Positions 56,788 to 64,000 of a DNA stretch of 64,000 nucleotides are shown here, piece by piece. Origin of the DNA: a virus. Every line of letters starts with the position of its first letter. Positions within the stretch are counted from its first letter, which is position 1. Where the stretch lies: IMG/VR virus record IMGVR_UViG_3300025138_000016, one strand, 5' to 3'. The notes under the pieces are model-generated. The model was not told where the DNA came from and did no database searches. It saw only the letters and a program-made list of their open reading frames with translations. The translations under genes were made by a program, and so were the position numbers.

Positions 56788-56799
56788 GAGAGATAGCTA

Positions 56800-57723
56800 T
56801 TAAGATTTAGCTAAGTTTTGGAAGAACGACAATGACTCGTCGTCGGTATCCTCAGCAGAAGTGCTTAAAGGGACTTCAGCAGCTGCTGCTGTTGCTGATG
56901 GCATAGTCGGAGCTGATGCTGCTTTAGGAGCAGCGGCAAAAGACTCAGCCGGCGTATTAACAGTCTCAGTTTCACCAAGAGCTAGTACTCTATAGAGCTT
57001 AGCTTTTAGTTCATCATAGGACTTATACGTATCAGGACTAACAAATTCGTTAAGAGGGTACTCTGATTTCCAGACCGCCTCTAACTTATCATCATCATCC
57101 ATCAACGCCGCTGACTCGTCAAACTCTGACTTGTCATAGTTCCTGTAACCTTCTACATTACGAATTTTCAGCTTAAAGTTTGCACCTTGCCAAAGATCAA
57201 AAGGGTTAACAGGCTTTTCATCTTCAAATTGCGGGTTCATAAGATCATTCAATTTCTCAAAGATCTTTTTACCGTATTTGTAGAGAAACACTTTACCTTC
57301 GTTATCAGGATTACTTGGATCCTTAACAACAACGATATTAGAGTAGAAAGAAAGCCTTCTTTTTTGCTTTCTTACTAAATCTTTATTAGACTCTATCCCA
57401 GAGTTCCAGAGCATTGAATTATACTCAGAAACCGGATCTTTCTGACCAATAGTAGTAAGAGATTTCTCTATATACCATTGACCTTGAGGTCCTTGGAATC
57501 CATGGTCCCATACTCTAACAAAAGGTACATCCTCGTCAGCTGGAGCAGGTAGAAATCTAATAACAGCGTAACCGTTACCAGCTTTATCTACAGTAGGCTT
57601 CCAGATCCTGTCGTCGGGACCGTTTTGCTTGTTCTGGGTATTTGAATCAAGCTTAGTGAGGGCTTCAGTAAGCTTATCTAACTCGGCAGCCGAGTTGCTT
57701 TTTAATGCGCTAAATGACGTCAT
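56800..57723 (-). CDS. gp32: Single-stranded DNA-binding protein
   Basis: DDRIWKP..DKAGNGYAVIRFLP, YKYGKKIF, GANFKLKIR.VEGYRNYDKSEF and an acidic tail ending SFFQNLA. Confidence 0.96.
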   Translation of the reverse strand: MTSFSALKSNSAAELDKLTEALTKLDSNTQNKQNGPDDRIWKPTVDKAGNGYAVIRFLPAPADEDVPFVRVWDHGFQGPQGQWYIEKSLTTIGQKDPVSEYNSMLWNSGIESNKDLVRKQKRRLSFYSNIVVVKDPSNPDNEGKVFLYKYGKKIFEKLNDLMNPQFEDEKPVNPFDLWQGANFKLKIRNVEGYRNYDKSEFDESAALMDDDDKLEAVWKSEYPLNEFVSPDTYKSYDELKAKLYRVLALGETETVNTPAESFAAAPKAASAPTMPSATAAAAEVPLSTSAEDTDDESLSFFQNLAKS

Positions 57724-57755
57724 ATTTTCTCCTATATTTGCGTTTTATTTGCGGT

Positions 57756-58346
57756 TTATTCACTTTTATCATAATCAAAATATTCTAAAGTAATAGCTTT
57801 CATCTTATCCGTATTAATAGATAAGAACGGCTTATACTTCTTTATTATAGTATACTTATCGCTCCAGATCAAGTCTTTTTCAAGAAACTTATTCCAGGGC
57901 GTACTATAATTCACGAGCATATCTAGTATGCACATTGTCTCAATACAAACATCGCCTCTTAAATATAATCTCAGCAAATGCGGATGACCATATTTTTCGT
58001 TACGAAAGTTCGAATCGAAATCATCATTAAGTTTCGTTAAATCATTCTTAAAAGTATAAGTTAACGACTCTTGTCTCTTTTTCCAATCTCTATAAACTTC
58101 TTCAGGACCAGAATCTCTCATGGTACCAACCCAGAAGTCTTTTCCACCGTCTAATAAATTAGCAAGTAAAAAGTTCTGTACGTCTTTATGCTTAGATAGC
58201 TTATAGAAAAAGTATTTATCTTTACGGATCTCAAAGGACGACTCTTTAGCCCTTACTTTACCACCATATGTAAAGAAGTCATAATTCTTTTGAGTAAAGT
58301 GGTTTTTAAGCGCTATGTATTTAGTATAGACTTGATAAGGTGTCAT
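57756..58346 (-). CDS. gp59: Helicase loader
   Basis: Y..YIALKNHFT..YDFF.Y.GK, F..RKDKYFF.KL and KYKPFL motifs; ATGA overlap with the upstream gene supports a start at 58346. Confidence 0.9.
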   Translation of the reverse strand: MTPYQVYTKYIALKNHFTQKNYDFFTYGGKVRAKESSFEIRKDKYFFYKLSKHKDVQNFLLANLLDGGKDFWVGTMRDSGPEEVYRDWKKRQESLTYTFKNDLTKLNDDFDSNFRNEKYGHPHLLRLYLRGDVCIETMCILDMLVNYSTPWNKFLEKDLIWSDKYTIIKKYKPFLSINTDKMKAITLEYFDYDKSE

Positions 58347-59038
58347 TGTCCAGTTTTTATATTGTCCGCGTAGTGCATGTTCCATTCTTTATGTTTATCT
58401 CCATCAGTAACCCATATTATAAGAGCATATCTTACACCTTCACCAGTAACGGGCTCGACACTATGAAAAGTATCTGATGTAAACATACACATATCGCCTT
58501 TATCTAGATCGACAGGAGTCTTCTTACCGTCACCTGCATCTATCGTAAAGTCTCCATTATTATATTCTCTTTTGTTGTTAAGTGCAACTGATATTGATAT
58601 AACTCTACCTGGTCTGGTATTGCTTAAGAATATTTCTTCAGGGGTTTTATTGGAGTTAAATTTAAAAAAGCTAAGAGTATCTTGATGCCATTCAAATTTA
58701 CCTTTAGATTTACCGAGATATCTATTAATTGACCATGACTCATCAAAACACCAAGAATTGACACTGGTAGTTTCAGACCAGTCATCATGCAGTACTCTTC
58801 TTAGTTTTTCTGTGAAATGTTGAGGTACATGGTGAATATCTACTATTAATGCATCGGCAATACGTGATTGATCACCGGCTAGGTACCGTGCATCGGCCTC
58901 AGGTGTGTTACCACTTAAAGCTTCATCGTATCCACGACTAGTTGTCTTTTGAACTTGCCAATTATTATTGACACCAAACATTTCAAAAAGATCATCAACT
59001 TCATCTTCAGACCAAAATTGACGGTATACCTTATGCAT
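58343..59038 (-). CDS. 2OG-Fe(II) oxygenase (PKHD/prolyl-hydroxylase-like)
   Basis: FEWHQD (HxD), R.ISISVALN..Y..GDF and F.S..FHSVEPVT.G.RYALIIW motifs. Confidence 0.85.
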   Translation of the reverse strand: MHKVYRQFWSEDEVDDLFEMFGVNNNWQVQKTTSRGYDEALSGNTPEADARYLAGDQSRIADALIVDIHHVPQHFTEKLRRVLHDDWSETTSVNSWCFDESWSINRYLGKSKGKFEWHQDTLSFFKFNSNKTPEEIFLSNTRPGRVISISVALNNKREYNNGDFTIDAGDGKKTPVDLDKGDMCMFTSDTFHSVEPVTGEGVRYALIIWVTDGDKHKEWNMHYADNIKTGQ

Positions 59039-59040
59039 AA

Positions 59041-59298
59041 TTAAATCGGTAACTTAGCACCTGTAGTTGGTTTTAATAATCTGGTTTCTTCTGACTCAGC
59101 GGCTAGCTTTGCTTTAAGAACATGACTAGTCTTAACGAGACTAGCTACTGTATCTATTTCTACGTTGTTCTTTTCTGCAAAGTGAACCATTGCATCAAGA
59201 TAATCAGAGCCCGTCCTTGCGACGAACTCTTCTATCAATAGTGTGAAGTTTTTTGTATTGAGGGTTTCCTCAACAGCTTTTTTAGCTTTCGCTGACAT
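59041..59298 (-). CDS. gp33: Late transcription coactivator
   Basis: F..IEE.V....YLDAMVH.AE.N..E......LKAKL..E...LLK....LPI pattern; upstream of gp59/gp32. Confidence 0.85.
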   Translation of the reverse strand: MSAKAKKAVEETLNTKNFTLLIEEFVARTGSDYLDAMVHFAEKNNVEIDTVASLVKTSHVLKAKLAAESEETRLLKPTTGAKLPI

Positions 59299-59312
59299 AA
59301 TATACCTTTTAA

Positions 59313-59765
59313 TTAAGAGTCAATCGTTCTAATTCTTTCGATTAGTCTTCCTGCTCTAGGTCCCACTTGTGTGAACCATTTTGAATCTTTCATTTCAATA
59401 CCAGCTGTTACCCATTCCTTGGCTTCTAAAGCGGCAAGAGCTTTCTTAAACTTTAAGAGTCTTCCCATACCAAGATTGAACATCATATTAACTAATACTT
59501 CTTGAACTACGAAATGCATGTCATCCCATTTATCAAAAGCTTTTTTACAGTCTTCTAATACAATGTCAAGATCTTGAGCAAACAGTTCATCTACTCTTTC
59601 TGCATGCACTGCATCCCCTACTTCTAAATCATGCTCAGGATCTGCTTCTAAAACAAGGTGACCAATGCCACATGTCTTATATCCTAAATGATCTAAATAA
59701 ATTTCGCAGACAACGCCTTCGTCCTGCTTTAATTGTTGTTTTACTCGTTCTATATCAAACGCCAT
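59313..59765 (-). CDS. T4-type lysozyme (GH24)
   Basis: DEG....YLDHLGYKTCGIGHL (E-x8-D-x5-T), NM.FNLG and DSKW..QV..RA.RL motifs. Confidence 0.88.
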   Translation of the reverse strand: MAFDIERVKQQLKQDEGVVCEIYLDHLGYKTCGIGHLVLEADPEHDLEVGDAVHAERVDELFAQDLDIVLEDCKKAFDKWDDMHFVVQEVLVNMMFNLGMGRLLKFKKALAALEAKEWVTAGIEMKDSKWFTQVGPRAGRLIERIRTIDS

Positions 59766-59808
59766 TCTATGCTCCTTATAATGTAATAATTAGCTTCCTA
59801 CATAAGCT

Positions 59809-59849
59809 ATTATAATGTATTTATGTTACGTAATCAACCGTTATTTATA
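59809..59849 (-). promoter_or_regulatory. Stacked sigma70-like (TTGATT-17-TATAAT) and late (TATAAATA, CATAAATA) promoters
   Basis: -35 at 59837-59832 and -10 at 59814-59809 with 17-nt spacing; TATAAATA at 59849-59842; CATAAATA at 59825-59818. Confidence 0.65.
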
Positions 59850-60471
59850 AGCAATTGACTGGATATCCATCGACATGGTAATTAGCACCACCTGGAGGAA
59901 ATCTACATCTCGATGTTGTATTATAAAGATAATGGTTCCTTAAAACAACTGCAGTGAGGATGAAATTGATCATTACTATTTGACCTTCTTCAAAGTTTTG
60001 AGCTATTAGTGGAGCTGTAATTCCTTTCTGTAATAAGAACTGTGCTGCGCTAGGATTTTTCGGTAATAATCGATTACCCTCTTTTATATTTGGATGATGG
60101 GTTGTATAGTAATATGAACCACCCATATCCATCGCATTAATAATCCAGTAGTATCTCATTTGAGCTTTAGTTGGCTCATTATGTATACGTATAAATCGTA
60201 ACCTTTTCTGTTTTTCCTTTAACGAGAATTCTATCAACTTCTCTGAATGCTCCATCTGGACACTGTTTATAACACTCTTCCGATAACAGCACGTCAACCC
60301 CATCATAATTTCTCGTTTGGCCTTCCAGTCTCGCTCCGAGATTGACGGCATCTCCAATGACGGAATAGTCAAATCTAAGTTCTGAACCCATATTTCCGAC
60401 GATGCATGTACCCGTGGAAATACCAATACCAATGTTAATAGGAGGAAGTTTAAGAGGTTTAAGTTCTTCAT
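59845..60471 (-). CDS. Hypothetical membrane/secreted protein overlapping the cyclase 3' end
   Basis: ORF fills the gap after the cyclase. The start is uncertain; the longest form begins with a signal-peptide-like MKNLNLLNFLLLTLVLVFPRVHA. Confidence 0.55.
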   Translation of the reverse strand: MKNLNLLNFLLLTLVLVFPRVHASSEIWVQNLDLTIPSLEMPSISERDWKAKREIMMGLTCCYRKSVINSVQMEHSEKLIEFSLKEKQKRLRFIRIHNEPTKAQMRYYWIINAMDMGGSYYYTTHHPNIKEGNRLLPKNPSAAQFLLQKGITAPLIAQNFEEGQIVMINFILTAVVLRNHYLYNTTSRCRFPPGGANYHVDGYPVNCL

Positions 60472-61996
60472 TTAATGCCTTGGTTGCTTCAACTATTTCA
60501 ATTGAAGATTTAACTGCTAGTTCTGCGTGGTTATCACAGTCAAGAGGTGCATTCCAGAATGCCATTATACAGTCGCCCATGTATTTGTCTATTGTACCTT
60601 TATTATTTAGAATAATCTTAGTTTGCATATCAAGAAACTTATTAACTAACTCAACTAAACCTTCAGGGTCATCATTATTTTTATAGTGCTCGCTGATTGG
60701 AGTAAAGCCACATATGTCCATAAACATAAAGGTCATCTCTTTTCTCTCACCACCTAACTTTAATAATGATGGATCTTTCTGTAGCATTTTAACCATGTCA
60801 GGAGAGAGATAAGTACCAAACTGTTTCTGTATTTGTTGTCTTAATTTAAACTGGGTATAGAATTGAGCGAAAGCTCCATGAGCAAAAACGAGAAGAAAAG
60901 TTAATACTGGTATGACTGGATCAACTAAAAGGTACTTTGTATTGAATGTATCAATCGCAAATATAATAGTACCGGAGGTTAAAACAAGAAAAGAAGCACC
61001 AGAAATAAATATTGGAGCTACTCTTAACAACCCAAGTATGAGTAAGCCAATTAATAACATACCAAGTAATTCATAAACAATATATTCAGGTGGCCTTTTA
61101 ATAGTAGTACCATCTATAATTGTTTTAATTAAGTTAGCCTGCACGTCATGAGGGTACATTCCACCTACAGATGTAGATATAATGTTAGTTCCTTCGAAAG
61201 TAGGCCCTACTATCATGATACTACCTGGAGATATAGTCTCAGCCTGTATCTCCCCAAGGCTGATGCGTTCAAAGCTGTTCCAGTACGTATTATATACTGT
61301 TCCGTCGAAAGTCGTGTTAACAGGGTTAAACTTAGGGACACGTGCCCATAATATACCTGTTTCATCGGTTTTTAACTGGTATGATATATCTCCTACTGCT
61401 ACTCTTACTACTTCAAGAGCAAAACTGGGATATATCTTTTTATTAGCAGATACTACGACAGGTAACCGTCTAGTCACACCATCAACATCAGGTGCTGAGC
61501 TTATTGAACCATAACCCATAGATGCATTTGATAGCTCTTCTATCGGTAATAGTATACCAGGATAGTCAAGTGTATATTCTTGTGCTGGTATTCTTCCTAG
61601 AGTCGCTGTACCGACATGCAGCTCTCTTTCAGTTTGTATTTGATTGGTTGGTGCTGTAGATAATATAGACGGATATTGCATCAACGTCTGAGATAGTATA
61701 TCATCGGTATTAAATCTATCTTTCTCAGATAGTATTAATGTTAAACCAAGAAGATTACCTTGAGGTATACCTGAAAGAGCCTCTGCTAAATCTTCTCTTG
61801 GCCAAGGCCATTGACCGTATTTTTGTATTGACTTTTCATCTATATCAACTAATATAATTTGATCTGATATTACTTGCTCATGTGAACGCTGTAAGTAGTC
61901 AAAGAAGTTTAATCTAGTAACTTCAGCTAAAAATGGATCCCATATTTTTATACCAATACATAATATTAATGTTATGACTGCATGCCATAGCTTCAT
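60179..61996 (-). CDS. CHASE2-domain class III adenylate/guanylate cyclase
   Basis: CHASE2 motifs VDIDEKS..YGQWPWPR and D.DGVTRR, three TM helices, and cyclase motifs FMDICGFT, IDKYMGDCIMAFWNAP and GNMGS..RFDYSVIGDAVNLGARLEG. The Lys in DKY and Asp in FDY suggest ATP specificity. Confidence 0.93.
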   Translation of the reverse strand: MKLWHAVITLILCIGIKIWDPFLAEVTRLNFFDYLQRSHEQVISDQIILVDIDEKSIQKYGQWPWPREDLAEALSGIPQGNLLGLTLILSEKDRFNTDDILSQTLMQYPSILSTAPTNQIQTERELHVGTATLGRIPAQEYTLDYPGILLPIEELSNASMGYGSISSAPDVDGVTRRLPVVVSANKKIYPSFALEVVRVAVGDISYQLKTDETGILWARVPKFNPVNTTFDGTVYNTYWNSFERISLGEIQAETISPGSIMIVGPTFEGTNIISTSVGGMYPHDVQANLIKTIIDGTTIKRPPEYIVYELLGMLLIGLLILGLLRVAPIFISGASFLVLTSGTIIFAIDTFNTKYLLVDPVIPVLTFLLVFAHGAFAQFYTQFKLRQQIQKQFGTYLSPDMVKMLQKDPSLLKLGGERKEMTFMFMDICGFTPISEHYKNNDDPEGLVELVNKFLDMQTKIILNNKGTIDKYMGDCIMAFWNAPLDCDNHAELAVKSSIEIVEATKALNEELKPLKLPPINIGIGISTGTCIVGNMGSELRFDYSVIGDAVNLGARLEGQTRNYDGVDVLLSEECYKQCPDGAFREVDRILVKGKTEKVTIYTYT

Positions 61997-62187
61997 GAGA
62001 ATTTCTTTTGTATTTTTTTATACACGTAGTATATAGAGAGACCATAAAATGCAAGGACTGTCATTGTAAAACCTATGTAGATAAGTTCTATTGGTGTAAG
62101 GAAGAGAACTTGCCAAACAAAATCACCTGCAGCTTCGACATCACCTAATTCAAGTTCTGATTCGTCTAAAAATTCTTCTTCATTCAT
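61993..62187 (-). CDS. Small membrane protein (64 aa)
   Basis: Acidic N-terminus, hydrophobic core, basic tail; ATGA overlaps on both sides. Confidence 0.65.
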   Translation of the reverse strand: MNEEEFLDESELELGDVEAAGDFVWQVLFLTPIELIYIGFTMTVLAFYGLSIYYVYKKIQKKFS

Positions 62188-62882
62188 TGTTGTGTAACTG
62201 AAACACTACACCCACCTGCTGATATACAGTTCTGGGTAAGCGAGTATGTCTGACCAGTCCCACCTTGTTGTAAAAGATTAAGGGTTGTTGGATTAGATCC
62301 TGATAAGCTAATAGTTGCATTATGAGCAGATTGTCTTTGAATTACTGAAACAATATTATCATCATTATTAATTGTAAGGTTAAGGGTTTTATTCCCATTA
62401 CCTCTTTGTTCTACATATACACTATTCCCGTCACTAAAGATTAATTGATTATATGTATGAGCACCAGCTCCAAAATTTGCTTGATAACCTGATACACTAT
62501 TATTATCACCATGTATATCTAGTCTAGCATAATGTCCACCGGCTTCCCATCCATCAAAAGTGAATGTAGTATCATCAGCATTACTTAACTTACCGCCCTG
62601 ACCCCACCGAATTGAATTATCAGAACCAGTTATATGCCATAGGTCAATAGTGTTTTGATATGTACCTTCGCTTGCTTGGAAAAGATGCAGTGATAGATTT
62701 GCTCCACTTAAATATGAGCCGCTATCATACATTTTAATTTCGTTGTTATAGCCTATTTGCTCTATATTCAAAGCAAAGCTATTACCACTAGTTTGTTTAA
62801 TACCTATTTCATTATCAGCCTTTACGTCATACGAGATGCACATAACAAGCATTATAAAGCCTGCTATTAATAATGGTGACAT
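62184..62882 (-). CDS. Secreted curlin-like repeat protein
   Basis: Signal peptide MSPLLIAGFIMLVMCISYDVKA, repeated Q-x-G-x-x-N beta-arc motifs and C-terminal C..AGGC.VSVTQQ. Confidence 0.65.
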   Translation of the reverse strand: MSPLLIAGFIMLVMCISYDVKADNEIGIKQTSGNSFALNIEQIGYNNEIKMYDSGSYLSGANLSLHLFQASEGTYQNTIDLWHITGSDNSIRWGQGGKLSNADDTTFTFDGWEAGGHYARLDIHGDNNSVSGYQANFGAGAHTYNQLIFSDGNSVYVEQRGNGNKTLNLTINNDDNIVSVIQRQSAHNATISLSGSNPTTLNLLQQGGTGQTYSLTQNCISAGGCSVSVTQQ

Positions 62883-62895
62883 GTTTTTATTAAAG

Positions 62896-63219
62896 TTATT
62901 CAAAATTAACACTTGCTCCGCACCCACAAGATGCTACTTCCTGAGGATTAATTATTCTAACGTTTCTATTTATACCATCTTCCACAACATCAACAGTTGA
63001 TCCTTTTATCTTAGGATAAGATAGTTTATCTATTGCTACTTTAAATGTACCGAAATCTTCTCTATAATCATCTTCTGTAATTATATTATCCCATTTAATC
63101 TCATATTCGAATCCAGTACATCCAGCTGGTTTAAGACCAATGCGTATAGTTGGTGTTGGCTTTCTAAGCTCGTCAATATACTTGAGAGCATTATCAGTAA
63201 AATCTATATCTGCTTTCAT
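62896..63219 (-). CDS. iscA: A-type Fe-S cluster carrier (IscA/SufA/HesB family)
   Basis: IRIGLK.AGCTGFEY and C-terminal NP...SCGCGASV.F motifs. Confidence 0.88.
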   Translation of the reverse strand: MKADIDFTDNALKYIDELRKPTPTIRIGLKPAGCTGFEYEIKWDNIITEDDYREDFGTFKVAIDKLSYPKIKGSTVDVVEDGINRNVRIINPQEVASCGCGASVNFE

Positions 63220-63662
63220 TTACCAGGTAATCCTGCTTCTATGTAGTCACCAATCATACTAATATCTTTATCGGAAAGCATCGCAGCTTGTCCCCACATT
63301 AAAGATGACATTGGTCCAATCGTACCATTGTTTTTATATGTAGTCAATTTATCAGAGATCATACTTGCTGATTGTCCTGCTAGCATTGGTCCTATACCAC
63401 CGCCACCATCTGGACCATGACATGCTGAGCATCCTGCCCATATACCTCTGATGTCGCTAAATGGATCCCCTGCTGCAATCGCTTTCTTTTTTTGCTCAAT
63501 CTCTACGACTGTGCCATTAAGTGCTACATACTCTGCATAACACATACCAGTACATGAACTGCTATTAGAGAACCCTTTATATTCTATATCAGGATATATA
63601 ACTGTAGAAAAAAATAATGTAAATACAATACACCCTGTTAACACTAATCCTAATTCTCTCAT
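63216..63662 (-). CDS. Membrane-anchored class I cytochrome c
   Basis: N-terminal TM helix, CSACHG heme motif, GP.LAGQ and distal Met (MWGQA..LSD.DI). Confidence 0.85.
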   Translation of the reverse strand: MRELGLVLTGCIVFTLFFSTVIYPDIEYKGFSNSSSCTGMCYAEYVALNGTVVEIEQKKKAIAAGDPFSDIRGIWAGCSACHGPDGGGGIGPMLAGQSASMISDKLTTYKNNGTIGPMSSLMWGQAAMLSDKDISMIGDYIEAGLPGK

Positions 63663-64000
63663 TTTTCTGGTGGCCTGTTATGACCAATCATAGACTTTGC
63701 TGTATCTAGTATTGGATGGTTATAATCTTTATCGTTCTTTGTTTCGTAATCTACCATAGCTTGTCTAATAGCATCTTCTGCTAATACACTACAATGTAGT
63801 TTAATTGGAGGTAGCTGTAAGACATCTGCAATGTCTTTATCTTTAATTAACTTTGCTTCTTCAATAGTTAATCCCATCATCATATCAACAAACAAAGATG
63901 AAGATGCAATTGCTGATCCGCAGCCGTATGTCTTAAATTTAACATCAATTATCTTTTCGTTGTCATCAAGTAGTAATTGTAGTTGCATTACATCACCGCA
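63659..64000 (-). CDS. iscU: Fe-S scaffold protein (5' end outside window)
   Basis: CGDVMQLQL..FKTYGCGSAIASSS..LPPIKLHCSVLAEDAI motifs. Confidence 0.92.
   Translation of the reverse strand, partial: CGDVMQLQLLLDDNEKIIDVKFKTYGCGSAIASSSLFVDMMMGLTIEEAKLIKDKDIADVLQLPPIKLHCSVLAEDAIRQAMVDYETKNDKDYNHPILDTAKSMIGHNRPPEK

Noticed and set aside
1-64000. Introns, inteins, homing endonucleases, diversity-generating retroelement, integrase, alternative genetic code
   Set aside because: Core genes (gp17, gp18, gp20, gp32) are of normal length and uninterrupted. No RT, HNH/GIY-YIG/LAGLIDADG or recombinase motifs were seen, and TAA, TAG and TGA all end genes.

Overview
This 64 kb window is part of an AT-rich T4-like (Tevenvirinae/Kyanoviridae-type gene order) myovirus genome, probably from a marine phage with a proteobacterial host (inferred, not shown). 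Positions 1-51.3 kb are a minus-strand virion morphogenesis region. It holds head genes (gp21 fragment, core proteins, gp20), tail and neck genes (gp19, 18, 17, 16, 15, 14, 13), a ~28 kb block of fibre and appendage genes, and the baseplate genes (gp8, 7, 6, 25, 5, 27-like, 53, 48). A plus-strand block follows (gp4, gp2, gp54, gp26/gp51, a membrane protein, a tape-measure-like protein). The right end is minus strand: tRNA-Thr(UGU), gp32, gp59, a 2OG-Fe(II) oxygenase, gp33, a lysozyme and host-like auxiliary genes (CHASE2 adenylate/guanylate cyclase, curlin-like protein, IscA, cytochrome c, IscU). The most striking observation is a pair of paralogous Tyr/Arg/Gly/Pro-rich proteins (22762-26595 and 26656-29091). 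Their repeat units form a protein-level 'reverse complement' around a central NGGDG turn: A12 B15 A3 B3 A1 B3 | A3 B1 A3 B3 A15 B12 in the larger protein. This implies a giant self-pairing antiparallel hairpin fibre, encoded next to a glycosyltransferase and a cupin/2OG-oxygenase-like enzyme. Other signals are a probable -1 frameshift joining gp26 to gp51, a plug-and-socket pattern of terminal motifs among the fibre genes, a cupredoxin-like site in a fibre, and an overprinted signal-peptide ORF inside the cyclase gene. All calls come from motif recognition and synteny by eye; no database searches were run.
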